Part shown: piece after piece, positions 32,260 through 40,988 of the stretch
Layout: each line of letters opens with the position of its first letter
How positions within the stretch are numbered: the stretch's first letter is position 1
NCBI GenBank assembly: GCA_001784175.1
Contig: MFPR01000043.1
Coordinates: forward strand, 124,001-188,000
DNA length: 64,000 bases
Reading direction: 5' to 3'
Source of the DNA: Candidatus Lindowbacteria bacterium RIFCSPLOWO2_12_FULL_62_27
GTDB lineage: Bacteria; Lindowbacteria; 2-12-FULL-62-27
Notes under the pieces: generated by a model
The model's database searches: none
What the model was told of the DNA's origin: nothing
The model's input: the letters and a program-made list of their open reading frames with translations, nothing else
Made by a program: the position numbers and the translations under genes

Positions 32260-32408
32260 ATTTGCTGAGTGTGTTCCCCCTCCCGGACTTATTCTCCGGA
32301 ACTCCCAACTTTTTTCAAATATTTTTCGATTTTTCGGTTTCAACCGGGAGGGGGAGTTTGCCTGCACCGTTTATTCGGGGCGTGGGTTCTGAAGGAAACG
32401 CCCGAACG

Positions 32409-32554
32409 TTGCATTTTCTCCAGTACCGAGATAGGATGCATGCGTTGTGTCGGTTCATTGAACCCAACGCTCCCGCATGGGCGGGAAGAAACGGGCGTGT
32501 CCTCCGCGGTCTCGCGAAGGAGGAGTGGCCCGTTGACGATGGAGGTTGTTGAAT
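32409..32554 (+). promoter_or_regulatory. rpsB promoter and structured leader (candidate S2 autoregulatory RNA)
   Basis: TTGCAT-N17-TAGGAT; hairpins TCCCGC/GCGGGA and AACGGGC...GCCCGTT before SD GGAGG. Confidence 0.55.
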
Positions 32555-33478
32555 ATGGTTCGCATTGCGATGAAGCAGCTCTTGGAGGCCGGGGCGCACT
32601 TTGGGCATCAGACGCGTCGCTGGAATCCCAAGATGACTCCCTACATTTACACCAAGCGCAAGAACATTCACATCATTGACCTGCAGCAGACCCTGCGGAT
32701 TTTCCGCGACGTTTTGGCCAAGGTCACCGAGGTCGCGTCGACCGGCGCCCGGTTTTTGTTTGTGGGCACGAAGAAGCAGGCGGCCGAGGCGGTGGAGCGC
32801 GAGGCCAAGCGGTGCGGCATGTTTTACGTCAGCACGCGCTGGCTGGGCGGCATGCTCACCAACTACACGACGATCTCGAAGAGCATCGACAAGATGAAGC
32901 GGATGGAGTCGATGGAGGCCGACGGCACCGTTGGCCGGATGGGCAACAAGGAGGCGAAACGGTTCCGCAAGGAACTTGAGCGCCTCCGGGGGTTGCTCCT
33001 CGGCATCCGCGACATGTCCCGGCTGCCGGACATGATCGTGGTCATCGACATGAAGCGGGAACTGACGTCCGTGCAGGAGGCGCAGAAACTCGGGGTTCCG
33101 GTTCTCGGCATCCTCGACACGAACTGCGATCCCGACTGGGCGACCTACGGCATTCCCGGCAACGATGACGCGATCCGCGCCATCGCGCTCTATCTCAAAA
33201 CAATTGCCGACGCCATCCTGGAAGGTCAGGCCATTTATCAGCAGAAAGTGATGGAGGCTGAAAAGGCCGCCGCGGACGCCGCCGCCGCTGCAGCGAACGT
33301 CGACAAGCCCGGCGAATCCGCGCCGCAGGCTGCCGCTCCGACGCCGGCCGCCGTGCCGGCGCCGGTCGCCCCAGCGCCGGCGCCCGCCGCCCCCGCGCCG
33401 GCCGCGCCGACGCCTGCCGAACCCGTGGCCGCGGCCGCGTCCCCATTCGCGCCGATCGCCGGCGTTTCGGAGAAATAG
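32555..33478 (+). CDS. rpsB: 30S ribosomal protein S2 (Ala/Pro-rich C-tail)
   Basis: LLEAGAHFGHQTRRWNPKM, RWLGGMLTN, PGNDDAIR. Confidence 0.99.
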   Translation: MVRIAMKQLLEAGAHFGHQTRRWNPKMTPYIYTKRKNIHIIDLQQTLRIFRDVLAKVTEVASTGARFLFVGTKKQAAEAVEREAKRCGMFYVSTRWLGGMLTNYTTISKSIDKMKRMESMEADGTVGRMGNKEAKRFRKELERLRGLLLGIRDMSRLPDMIVVIDMKRELTSVQEAQKLGVPVLGILDTNCDPDWATYGIPGNDDAIRAIALYLKTIADAILEGQAIYQQKVMEAEKAAADAAAAAANVDKPGESAPQAAAPTPAAVPAPVAPAPAPAAPAPAAPTPAEPVAAAASPFAPIAGVSEK

Positions 33479-33482
33479 CCCC

Positions 33483-34349
33483 ATGGCAGCGGTCACCGCC
33501 GACCAGGTCAAGACCCTCCGGGACCAGACCGGCGCGGGCATGATGGACTGCAAGCGCGCGCTGGCCGAGTCGGGCGGCGACGCGGCCCGGGCGTTCAAGA
33601 TTTTGCGCGAGAAGGGTGCGGCCAGCGCCGCGAGAAAAGCAAGCCGCACGGCGGCCGAAGGCCTGGTGGGCGTGGCCGTGCGCGGCGACAAGGGCGTGAT
33701 GGTCGAAGTCAACTGCGAGACCGATTTCGTGGCGCGCAACGAAAAGTTCCAGGAATTCGTCTGCACCGTCGCCGCGCTGGCCCTCGAGCGGGGCACAGAC
33801 TTGGAGCAGATCCGCGCGGCGCGATATCCCGGCGGCCAGGAGACGGTGGCGGAGAAACTCAACGGCCTCATCGCGACCATCGGCGAAAACATGTCTCTCA
33901 GCCGGTCGATCTCTCTGTCCGCGCCCGGCGGATGTGTCGCCCACTACGTCCACAACGCCGTCACGCCCGAGATGGGCAAGATCGGCGTGCTCGTGGAACT
34001 GTCCTCCGACGATCCCGCCGTCGCGCCGAACGGCCTGCGCGCGATCGGCGAGGAGGTCGCGATGCAGGTGGCGGCCGCCCGGCCCGTGTATGTGCGCCGG
34101 GAGGAAGTGCCGGCCGAGCGGGTGGCGGAGGAGAAGAGCATTCTCGAAAAGCAGGTCGATCCGAAAAAACCGCCGCAGGTGCGGGAAAAAATCATCGAAG
34201 GCAAGTTGTCCTCTTTCTACGAGCAGGTGTGTCTCCTGGACCAGCCCTACATTCGCGAGCCGAAACGCAAGGTCAAGGACCTTCTGGCGGACGCGAAGGG
34301 CAAGGTCCAGTTGGGGCGGTTTGCCCGTTTTGCGATTGGCGAAGCCTGA
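33483..34349 (+). CDS. tsf: Elongation factor Ts
   Basis: LRDQTGAGMMDCKRAL, EVNCETDFVARN. Confidence 0.99.
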   Translation: MAAVTADQVKTLRDQTGAGMMDCKRALAESGGDAARAFKILREKGAASAARKASRTAAEGLVGVAVRGDKGVMVEVNCETDFVARNEKFQEFVCTVAALALERGTDLEQIRAARYPGGQETVAEKLNGLIATIGENMSLSRSISLSAPGGCVAHYVHNAVTPEMGKIGVLVELSSDDPAVAPNGLRAIGEEVAMQVAAARPVYVRREEVPAERVAEEKSILEKQVDPKKPPQVREKIIEGKLSSFYEQVCLLDQPYIREPKRKVKDLLADAKGKVQLGRFARFAIGEA

Positions 34350-34359
34350 GCGCCGCGCG

Positions 34360-35085
34360 GTGAAGGCGCCGCGAACGGTTCTCCTCAAACTCTCCGGCGA
34401 GGCGCTGTCCGGCCGCGGCGAATTCGGCATCGATCCGACCCATCTCGCCCATCTCGCGCGCAACATCATCGCCGCCCTTCGAGCGGCCGGCCGGCGGGTC
34501 CGGATGGGCATCGTCGTCGGCGGCGGGAACTTCATCCGAGGCGCCGACTGGACCCGGACGGTCCGTGTGGTCGATCCGGCCACTGCCGATTACATGGGGA
34601 TGATCGCCACCGTCCTAAACGCCCTCGCGCTCCAGGAAGCGATCGAGAAGGCCGGAACGGAGGCGCGGGTCCTGTCGGCCATCCACGTCCGGCAGGTGTG
34701 CGAGCCCTACATCCGGCGGCGCGCGCTCAGGCATCTCGAAAAAAACCGCGTCGTGATTTTCGCCGGCGGCACCGGCAACCCCTTCTTCACCACCGACACC
34801 GCCGCCGCCCTGCGAGCGATCGAAATCGGCGCCGAGGTTCTCCTCAAGGCGACGAAGGTCGATGGCGTGTATGACCGGGACCCGATGCGCCACCGGGGCG
34901 CGCGGCGGTTCACGCGCCTGACCTACTCGGAGGCGCTCCGTCGGCATCTGGACATCATGGACCAGACGGCCTTCACCGTCTGCCGCGAACACCGCCTGCC
35001 GATCCGGATCTTCAATCTCTTCAAACCCGCCTCCCTCTCGCATGCCTTGACCGGCAAGCCGGTAGGGACTATCATCACGGCATGA
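34360..35085 (+). CDS. pyrH: UMP kinase
   Basis: LLKLSGEAL, GGGNFIRG, GTGNPFFTTDTAAALRA. Confidence 0.98.
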   Translation: MKAPRTVLLKLSGEALSGRGEFGIDPTHLAHLARNIIAALRAAGRRVRMGIVVGGGNFIRGADWTRTVRVVDPATADYMGMIATVLNALALQEAIEKAGTEARVLSAIHVRQVCEPYIRRRALRHLEKNRVVIFAGGTGNPFFTTDTAAALRAIEIGAEVLLKATKVDGVYDRDPMRHRGARRFTRLTYSEALRRHLDIMDQTAFTVCREHRLPIRIFNLFKPASLSHALTGKPVGTIITA

Positions 35086-35642
35086 TTCAAGAATCGTTTT
35101 TCAAAGACTGCGGCGCGAGCATGGACAAGGTCTGCGACGTGTTCCAAACGGATCTGTCGGGCTTTCGGACCGGCCGGGCCTCCACGAAAATCCTGGAGGA
35201 CCTTCCGGTGGACGCCTACGGCTCGACGATGCGGATGAAGGAACTCGGGTCGATTTCCGTGCCCGAGCCGAACCTCCTGGTCGTCCAGCCTTGGGACCGG
35301 TCCGTGACGCAGGCGATCGAAAAGTCGATCCGGACCTCCGACCTGAATCTGTCTCCGGTCGTCGAGGGCGGCCTGATCCGGGTCCGGATCCCGCCGCTGT
35401 CGGAGGAACGGCGCAAGGAGCTGTCGAAAGTGATTTCGAAGAAGGGCGAGGAGGCCCGGGTGTCGATCCGCGCGGTCCGGCACGAGGCGGTGAACGAGGC
35501 CCAGGAGATGCGGAAGAAAGGCGAGGCGGCGGAGGACGAGGAGAAGCGGGCGAAAGACCGCATTCAGAAATTGACCGACGCCGCGATCCGCAAAATCGAC
35601 GACGCGACCAACAAGAAAATCGAGGAAATTCAGAAGGTCTGA
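35082..35642 (+). CDS. frr: Ribosome recycling factor
   Basis: RTGRAS, IPPLSEERRKEL, operon position. Confidence 0.98.
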   Translation: MIQESFFKDCGASMDKVCDVFQTDLSGFRTGRASTKILEDLPVDAYGSTMRMKELGSISVPEPNLLVVQPWDRSVTQAIEKSIRTSDLNLSPVVEGGLIRVRIPPLSEERRKELSKVISKKGEEARVSIRAVRHEAVNEAQEMRKKGEAAEDEEKRAKDRIQKLTDAAIRKIDDATNKKIEEIQKV

Positions 35643-35644
35643 CC

Positions 35645-36457
35645 ATGACCCTCGCCCGACTCCATGACTGGCCGGCCCTCGTCCAGAAAAAGGTCCAGGC
35701 CCTCGATCCCCGGCGCATGCCCCGCCACATCGCATTCATCATGGACGGCAACGGCCGATGGGCCCGGATGCGCCACCGCCGCCGGCTCATGGGCCACCGC
35801 GAGGGCATCAAGACGGCCAAGTCGATCATCCGGTTCTGCCACGACGTCGGCGGCATCGACTGCATCACGCTCTTTGCCTTCTCCACCGAAAACTGGAAAC
35901 GCCCCAAACTCGAAATCGCCGGGCTCATGATGCTCCTCAAATATTTCCTCCGCAGAGAAACCGCCGAAATGGTCGAAAACGACATCCGGTTCCGCACCAT
36001 CGGCCGCATCGACGAGTTTCCCGGCTTCGTCCAGCGCGAACTCCATCGCACCATGGAAGCGACCGCGAACTGCAAATCGTTCACCTTGAACATCGCCCTG
36101 AACTACGGCGCCCGCCGCGAAATCCTGGACGCCGCCCTCGAACTGCACCGGCGCCTGGCGGAGGGCGAGGCGCGCCGGGAGCAGGTGGACCAGGAGTATT
36201 TTGAAAAATTGCTCTACACGGCCGATCTTCCTCCGCTGGACCTTCTCATCCGCACCAGCGGCGAGCTTCGCGTGTCCAACTTCATGCTCTGGCAGATCGC
36301 CTATGCGGAACTGTATGTAACGCCCGTGCTGTGGCCCGACTTCGGGCCCTCGGAGCTGCTCGACGCCATTTTGGATTACCAGAACCGTGACCGCCGGTTT
36401 GGAGGACTGTCCGGGCGACCTCACGTTCAAGGTCCAGAGTCCGGTATTCCCGGTTGA
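35645..36457 (+). CDS. uppS: Undecaprenyl diphosphate synthase
   Basis: HIAFIMDGNGRWA, FSTENWKRP, RTSGELRVSNFMLWQ, RDRRFGG. Confidence 0.98.
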   Translation: MTLARLHDWPALVQKKVQALDPRRMPRHIAFIMDGNGRWARMRHRRRLMGHREGIKTAKSIIRFCHDVGGIDCITLFAFSTENWKRPKLEIAGLMMLLKYFLRRETAEMVENDIRFRTIGRIDEFPGFVQRELHRTMEATANCKSFTLNIALNYGARREILDAALELHRRLAEGEARREQVDQEYFEKLLYTADLPPLDLLIRTSGELRVSNFMLWQIAYAELYVTPVLWPDFGPSELLDAILDYQNRDRRFGGLSGRPHVQGPESGIPG

Positions 36458-36464
36458 CCTGAGC

Positions 36465-37271
36465 ATGGCGGTGGCGAATACGTCTTCGCCGGTCGCGGCC
36501 CGGCTGCCGGTGTTCTCAGCCGCCCTCCTCCTCGGACTCGGTCTCACCTGGCTTGGCGGCTGGCCGTTCCGGATGCTCGTGGCCGCCGCCTGGCTGGGAC
36601 TCGTCGTTGAAATTTCCCTGGCGCTCAGCGGGTCCCTCGAACTGCCGGCGCGCAGGTTCCTCTGGATCGATCTTGTGTTTTTCGCCCTCTTTCCGGTCGC
36701 CTTTTTTGTCTCGGGCCATCCGCTGGTCCTGGTCGGTGTCGTGAGTTCCTGGCTGTTCGTCCTGTTTCTTTTTTATCCGACCAACCGCGCCGGCCTGACG
36801 CGATGGCTGTTTTCGGTTGTGGCCTACCCCTATCTGGCCCTCGGTATTTTCTCCTTCTTCCTGCTCCGCCGATTCGGTTGGGAGTGGCCCGCGCTGGCGG
36901 TCGGCGTGGTGGCGATCGCCGACACGTCGGCGTTTCTGATCGGCCGCGCCTTCGGCCGGCGGCTTCTCGCGCCGGCCATCAGTCCCGCAAAGACGATCGA
37001 GGGTGCGGTCTGCGGCGTGGTGCTGGCCGCCGCTTTCGCCGCGTGGTTTCTGATGCGCGAAGCGGTCCCCGCGACCGTGGCCGCGCCGGCCGCCGTGTGC
37101 CTCGCGCTCCTCGCCGTCCTGGGCGATTTGTTGGAATCCTTCTTCAAGCGCGGTCTCGACCTGAAGGATTTCGGGACCGTCCTGCCCGGCCACGGCGGAC
37201 TCTTCGACCGCCTGGACAGCCTGATCCCGGTGGCGATCGGATTATTGATGTTTTTGAAGCTTGCGCCGTAA
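36465..37271 (+). CDS. cdsA: Phosphatidate cytidylyltransferase
   Basis: SPAKTIEG, GDLLESFFKR...KDFGTVLPGHGGLFDRLDS. Confidence 0.95.
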   Translation: MAVANTSSPVAARLPVFSAALLLGLGLTWLGGWPFRMLVAAAWLGLVVEISLALSGSLELPARRFLWIDLVFFALFPVAFFVSGHPLVLVGVVSSWLFVLFLFYPTNRAGLTRWLFSVVAYPYLALGIFSFFLLRRFGWEWPALAVGVVAIADTSAFLIGRAFGRRLLAPAISPAKTIEGAVCGVVLAAAFAAWFLMREAVPATVAAPAAVCLALLAVLGDLLESFFKRGLDLKDFGTVLPGHGGLFDRLDSLIPVAIGLLMFLKLAP

Positions 37272-39002
37272 ATGATCTACTTCCAAGTCCTCGACCGGAC
37301 CCTTCGCACGTTTCTGAACGATGTGATGCTGCGGTTTCCCTTTCAGGCAGGCGCCGGTGAAACGCCGCCGGGTCTGACCGACGCGCTGATTTTTTACGAT
37401 CCGCTGGTCAAACCGACGCGTCCGGGCCGCATCCTGCCGGCGAGGCTCGTGACGCTCCTGGAGGAAGGCCGGCCGCAGGAGGCGGAGACGCTTCTTGTGC
37501 AGCAGATTCTGGAGGCTGCCGAGAATGCCATGGTTGAGCATGACAGCGAGATGGAAATGCTCACGATCGAGGAGGAGGAACACCGGCTCCGGATCCGCCA
37601 GATTGATGATCGCCGCCGGCAGCTCCTCCAACTCACCGGACAGCTCAACGCCGCCGAATCCGTCCTCAAAGAATGGGAAGTCCCGCAACTTTCGGCGGCC
37701 CCGGCCGTACCCTCGGAGGCTGCGCCGGCCGCGCCGGAACCCGACTCTCAGTTCTTCTCGCACCTGCGATCGAGAATCCGCGCGATCATGGAAGGCAACG
37801 GGGGACTTCTGTCGGTCGAAGACATCGACGAACCCTTTCGACTCGCGGTCGACCTCGGCCTTGCGCCGGCCGTCAAGGCTTCGGACGTGCGCCGCGCCCT
37901 CTCCATCGGGTCCGGGGCCCTGACCGGCGGCGGCCACCGCGTGTGGCACCTCAGCGACTGGCTGGTCCGGCAGTTCGCCGACGCCTATCAGGTGCACAAG
38001 ATGCGCGAGATGGAGGAGGCGCTCAGGTCCATCCGGTCGGCCATCGACGACCTCAAGGTCAGGCTGGACCGCCTTCGGGAGAAACGCCGCAACGTCTTTT
38101 ATTCGGTCGGCATCAATCTCGATCCTGACCTCGACCGGCTGGCGCACCTCCAGCGCGGCTATTGCGAACTCGACGGCCCGCGCCGGAAGGGGCAGTTGTC
38201 GCTGGAGGACAAGAGCCGGCATGACGTGATCAAGGACGAGATCGAGGAGATCGAGCGGAAACTCGAGTCGGAGATTTATCTGCGGTTCGCGTCTTCTCCG
38301 GAGTTTATGACATCGTTTCGGCGTTTGAACCAAGCCGTGTCCCAGAGCCTGCAGGAGCTGATCCACCAAGAGGAGGACGACCGGGACAAGCGGGAGATGC
38401 TGGACAAGCTTGCGGAAACCTATCGCCGCTCGACGCCGGACGAGCGTCTTTCCCGCATGGACGAGCAGATCGGGCAGATTCGCCAGTTCACCAAACTCCT
38501 GACCGACCGCGGCCGTCGCCGGCCCTTTCAGCCGGTGACGCCGCCGCCCTGGCCGGTCACACCGCCGGCGGTGCTCTCGGCGCTGGACCGGATCACGGCG
38601 CAGGACACGAGCCTCTTTCCGGAAAAGTTCCTGCGCCGCCGGGGCCCGCCGGGAATTCTGCTTCTGCCTGTCAACGGCGCCGGCCTCTACGACTGGCAGG
38701 GCGGAATGCTGGTGATCTCCCTCTATCCGGAGAACCTCGACTCGGCCATCCTCACGGCGCTCGCGGAGTTCCGGATGGACGCCGACGAATCGAAGGAACT
38801 CTTCAACAGCTACGGCCAGATCAAGCGCTACCGGGGATTCGCGTTCGCCAAGTTGAAGGAAACATTCATGTCGGATTACGTCACATGGGTCCTGAAGGAG
38901 GCGGCGGGATACCGCGTCATGGAAACGGACGTGCGGATGTGGTTCGAACGCAAGATCCCGCTCGAGCCGCTGGAAAAACCGGCAGGCCGCGCGTCTCGAT
39001 GA
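37272..39002 (+). CDS. Hypothetical coiled-coil protein with globular C-terminal domain
   Basis: 576-aa ORF abutting cdsA and overlapping the next gene; long heptad-rich helices. Confidence 0.8.
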   Translation: MIYFQVLDRTLRTFLNDVMLRFPFQAGAGETPPGLTDALIFYDPLVKPTRPGRILPARLVTLLEEGRPQEAETLLVQQILEAAENAMVEHDSEMEMLTIEEEEHRLRIRQIDDRRRQLLQLTGQLNAAESVLKEWEVPQLSAAPAVPSEAAPAAPEPDSQFFSHLRSRIRAIMEGNGGLLSVEDIDEPFRLAVDLGLAPAVKASDVRRALSIGSGALTGGGHRVWHLSDWLVRQFADAYQVHKMREMEEALRSIRSAIDDLKVRLDRLREKRRNVFYSVGINLDPDLDRLAHLQRGYCELDGPRRKGQLSLEDKSRHDVIKDEIEEIERKLESEIYLRFASSPEFMTSFRRLNQAVSQSLQELIHQEEDDRDKREMLDKLAETYRRSTPDERLSRMDEQIGQIRQFTKLLTDRGRRRPFQPVTPPPWPVTPPAVLSALDRITAQDTSLFPEKFLRRRGPPGILLLPVNGAGLYDWQGGMLVISLYPENLDSAILTALAEFRMDADESKELFNSYGQIKRYRGFAFAKLKETFMSDYVTWVLKEAAGYRVMETDVRMWFERKIPLEPLEKPAGRASR

Positions 39003-40201
39003 AACGCCGCAAACCCCTCTACGCCGCGCTGGTGGGATGCGGCCGGGTGGGATTTCTCCTGGAGCGCGATCCTTTGCGGCCCAAACCCTGCACGCACGCC
39101 GGCGGGATCGCGGCGCATCCGGACTTTGAACTCGTCGCCGGCTGTGACCTCGACGCCGACCGCCTCAACGATTTCGGCCGCACCTACGGCATCGCGAAGC
39201 GGCGGCTGTACCGGTCCGCCGCGGACTTGCTGAAAAACGAGCGGCTCGATCTACTCTGCGTGGCCACGTGGACGGAATCGCACGACGCGATTGTCCGGCA
39301 GGCGTTTTCGGCGGGCGTGCCGGCCGTCGTCTGCGAAAAGCCGATGGCGGTCACGTACGCGCAGGCCCGGGCCATGGTCTCGGCCGCCCGGCGCGCCGGG
39401 GCGCTGCTCCTGATCAATCACAGCCGCCGGTGGCTTCCCGAGTATCGGGCCGTCCGGCTGGCCGTGGCGTCCGGGCGGTTTGGGGCGCTGCGCCACGTCC
39501 AGGGATGCGTGCTGACCTCGTTCGGTCTTCGGCCGCCGGAAAAACGGGTCGAGGGTCGCGCCGGCGAGGCGCCGTCGTGGCACGCGGTGATTGAAAAATC
39601 CGGCGGCGGCCCGCTCCTGCACGACGGGACCCATCTGCTCGACATCGTTTTCTACGTCACCGGCCGCCGGCCGGCCTGGGTGGAAGGCCGGATCGAACGG
39701 CACGCGAACGCGGGAATCGAGCATCATGCCACCGGCCGGATCCTCCTGGAGGGCCGGCCGGATCAGCCGCTCCGCGGCCCCAGGTGCGGGCGTCTCCGAC
39801 GCCCGCCGGACGTGGAGTTTTGTTTCGAAGCCGGCGGCGCGCGGAGGTATTTTCATTTCGAAGTCGAGTTGTGGTTCGAATCGGGCCGGATCGTGATCGG
39901 CAACGGCATTCGCATCGCCGAGATCAGCGTCCCGAGCAACCGGTACAGCGGGTTTCAGGACCTCGCGGAGGACCGCGAATTTTCATGGGACACCAACCAT
40001 GCCACGGCCGACCAGGTGAGCATGGAGGAGCTGGCCCGATGGTTTTCGGATGGCGTTCCTCCGGAGAACCGGGCCGAAGAGGCCATCCTGTCGCAGGCGG
40101 CGGTGTTCGCCACCTACGAATCGGCCGTCCGCGGCCGCCGGATTTTTTTCCCCTACCGGTCCAGCCTGCGGCATCCGCTGCTCATCCGGGCGAAGAAATG
40201 A
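38999..40201 (+). CDS. Gfo/Idh/MocA oxidoreductase
   Basis: LVGCGRVG, CEKPMA, LLHDGTHLLD. Confidence 0.92.
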   Translation: MKRRKPLYAALVGCGRVGFLLERDPLRPKPCTHAGGIAAHPDFELVAGCDLDADRLNDFGRTYGIAKRRLYRSAADLLKNERLDLLCVATWTESHDAIVRQAFSAGVPAVVCEKPMAVTYAQARAMVSAARRAGALLLINHSRRWLPEYRAVRLAVASGRFGALRHVQGCVLTSFGLRPPEKRVEGRAGEAPSWHAVIEKSGGGPLLHDGTHLLDIVFYVTGRRPAWVEGRIERHANAGIEHHATGRILLEGRPDQPLRGPRCGRLRRPPDVEFCFEAGGARRYFHFEVELWFESGRIVIGNGIRIAEISVPSNRYSGFQDLAEDREFSWDTNHATADQVSMEELARWFSDGVPPENRAEEAILSQAAVFATYESAVRGRRIFFPYRSSLRHPLLIRAKK

Positions 40202-40815
40202 AGAAGCTCTTCCGGCTGGACCCCGCCGCCGATTTCGTCGCGATCGACGTCGAAACGACCGGCTATTCGACGCGGCTCGACGTGATCGTGGAGATCGGCG
40301 CCCTCCGGTACCGCAACGGCGTCGAGGTCGACCGGCTGGTCACGCTGGTCAAACCGGGCATGGCCATGCTACCGTGGATTACGAGATTGACCGGGATCAC
40401 GGACGAGATGCTCGCGCGGGCGCCGCAGCCCGACAGTGTCGCGGCGCGGTTGAAACGTTTCCTGAGCCGCCGGCCGCTCGTGGTTCACAACGCGGCTTTC
40501 GACGTGCCGATCCTCGAGCGCTTCTTGTCGCGCTTCGCGTTCGGCCGCCGGCCGGGGAACCACGGGAATCACGGGATGGGCGGGAACCGCTGGCAGGCGC
40601 CTCCGGTGTTGTGCACCCTGCGCCTGTCCAGGTGGCTTCTGCCGCACCTTCATTCCCGGCGGCTGTCCGCGCTTGCCGAGTATTTCGATTTCTCGCCGCA
40701 GGCCCTCAACTCGCGCGTCCGGTTCCACCGGGCCGGCGTCGACGCCGAGGCCACAGCGCATGTGTTCTTTCGGTTGGCCTCCATGCTGGCCAGGGAAGGA
40801 GGGGTTCCGAAGTGA
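40198..40815 (+). CDS. DEDDh 3'-5' exonuclease (DnaQ-like)
   Basis: AIDVETTG, HNAAFD, HRAGVDA. Confidence 0.92.
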   Translation: MKKLFRLDPAADFVAIDVETTGYSTRLDVIVEIGALRYRNGVEVDRLVTLVKPGMAMLPWITRLTGITDEMLARAPQPDSVAARLKRFLSRRPLVVHNAAFDVPILERFLSRFAFGRRPGNHGNHGMGGNRWQAPPVLCTLRLSRWLLPHLHSRRLSALAEYFDFSPQALNSRVRFHRAGVDAEATAHVFFRLASMLAREGGVPK

Positions 40816-40988
40816 TAGAAAAGGATCTGTTGGACATCCTGGCCTGCCCGGTTTGCCGGGGGGGCATCCGGTACGACGCGCCGGAGGAGAAGCTGACGTG
40901 TGTCTCCTGCGGGCGCCGCTACCCGATTCGCGATGACATCCCCGTCATGCTCGAAGAAGAGGCCGAGTTGCCCGGAAGGTCGACATGA
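40812..40988 (+). CDS. Trm112/YcaR family protein
   Basis: LLDILACPVCRG...CVSCGRRYPIRDDIPVML. Confidence 0.92.
   Translation: MIEKDLLDILACPVCRGGIRYDAPEEKLTCVSCGRRYPIRDDIPVMLEEEAELPGRST

Noticed and set aside
33260-33478. GC-rich repeats at the rpsB 3' end
   Set aside because: Ordinary Ala/Pro low-complexity S2 tail.
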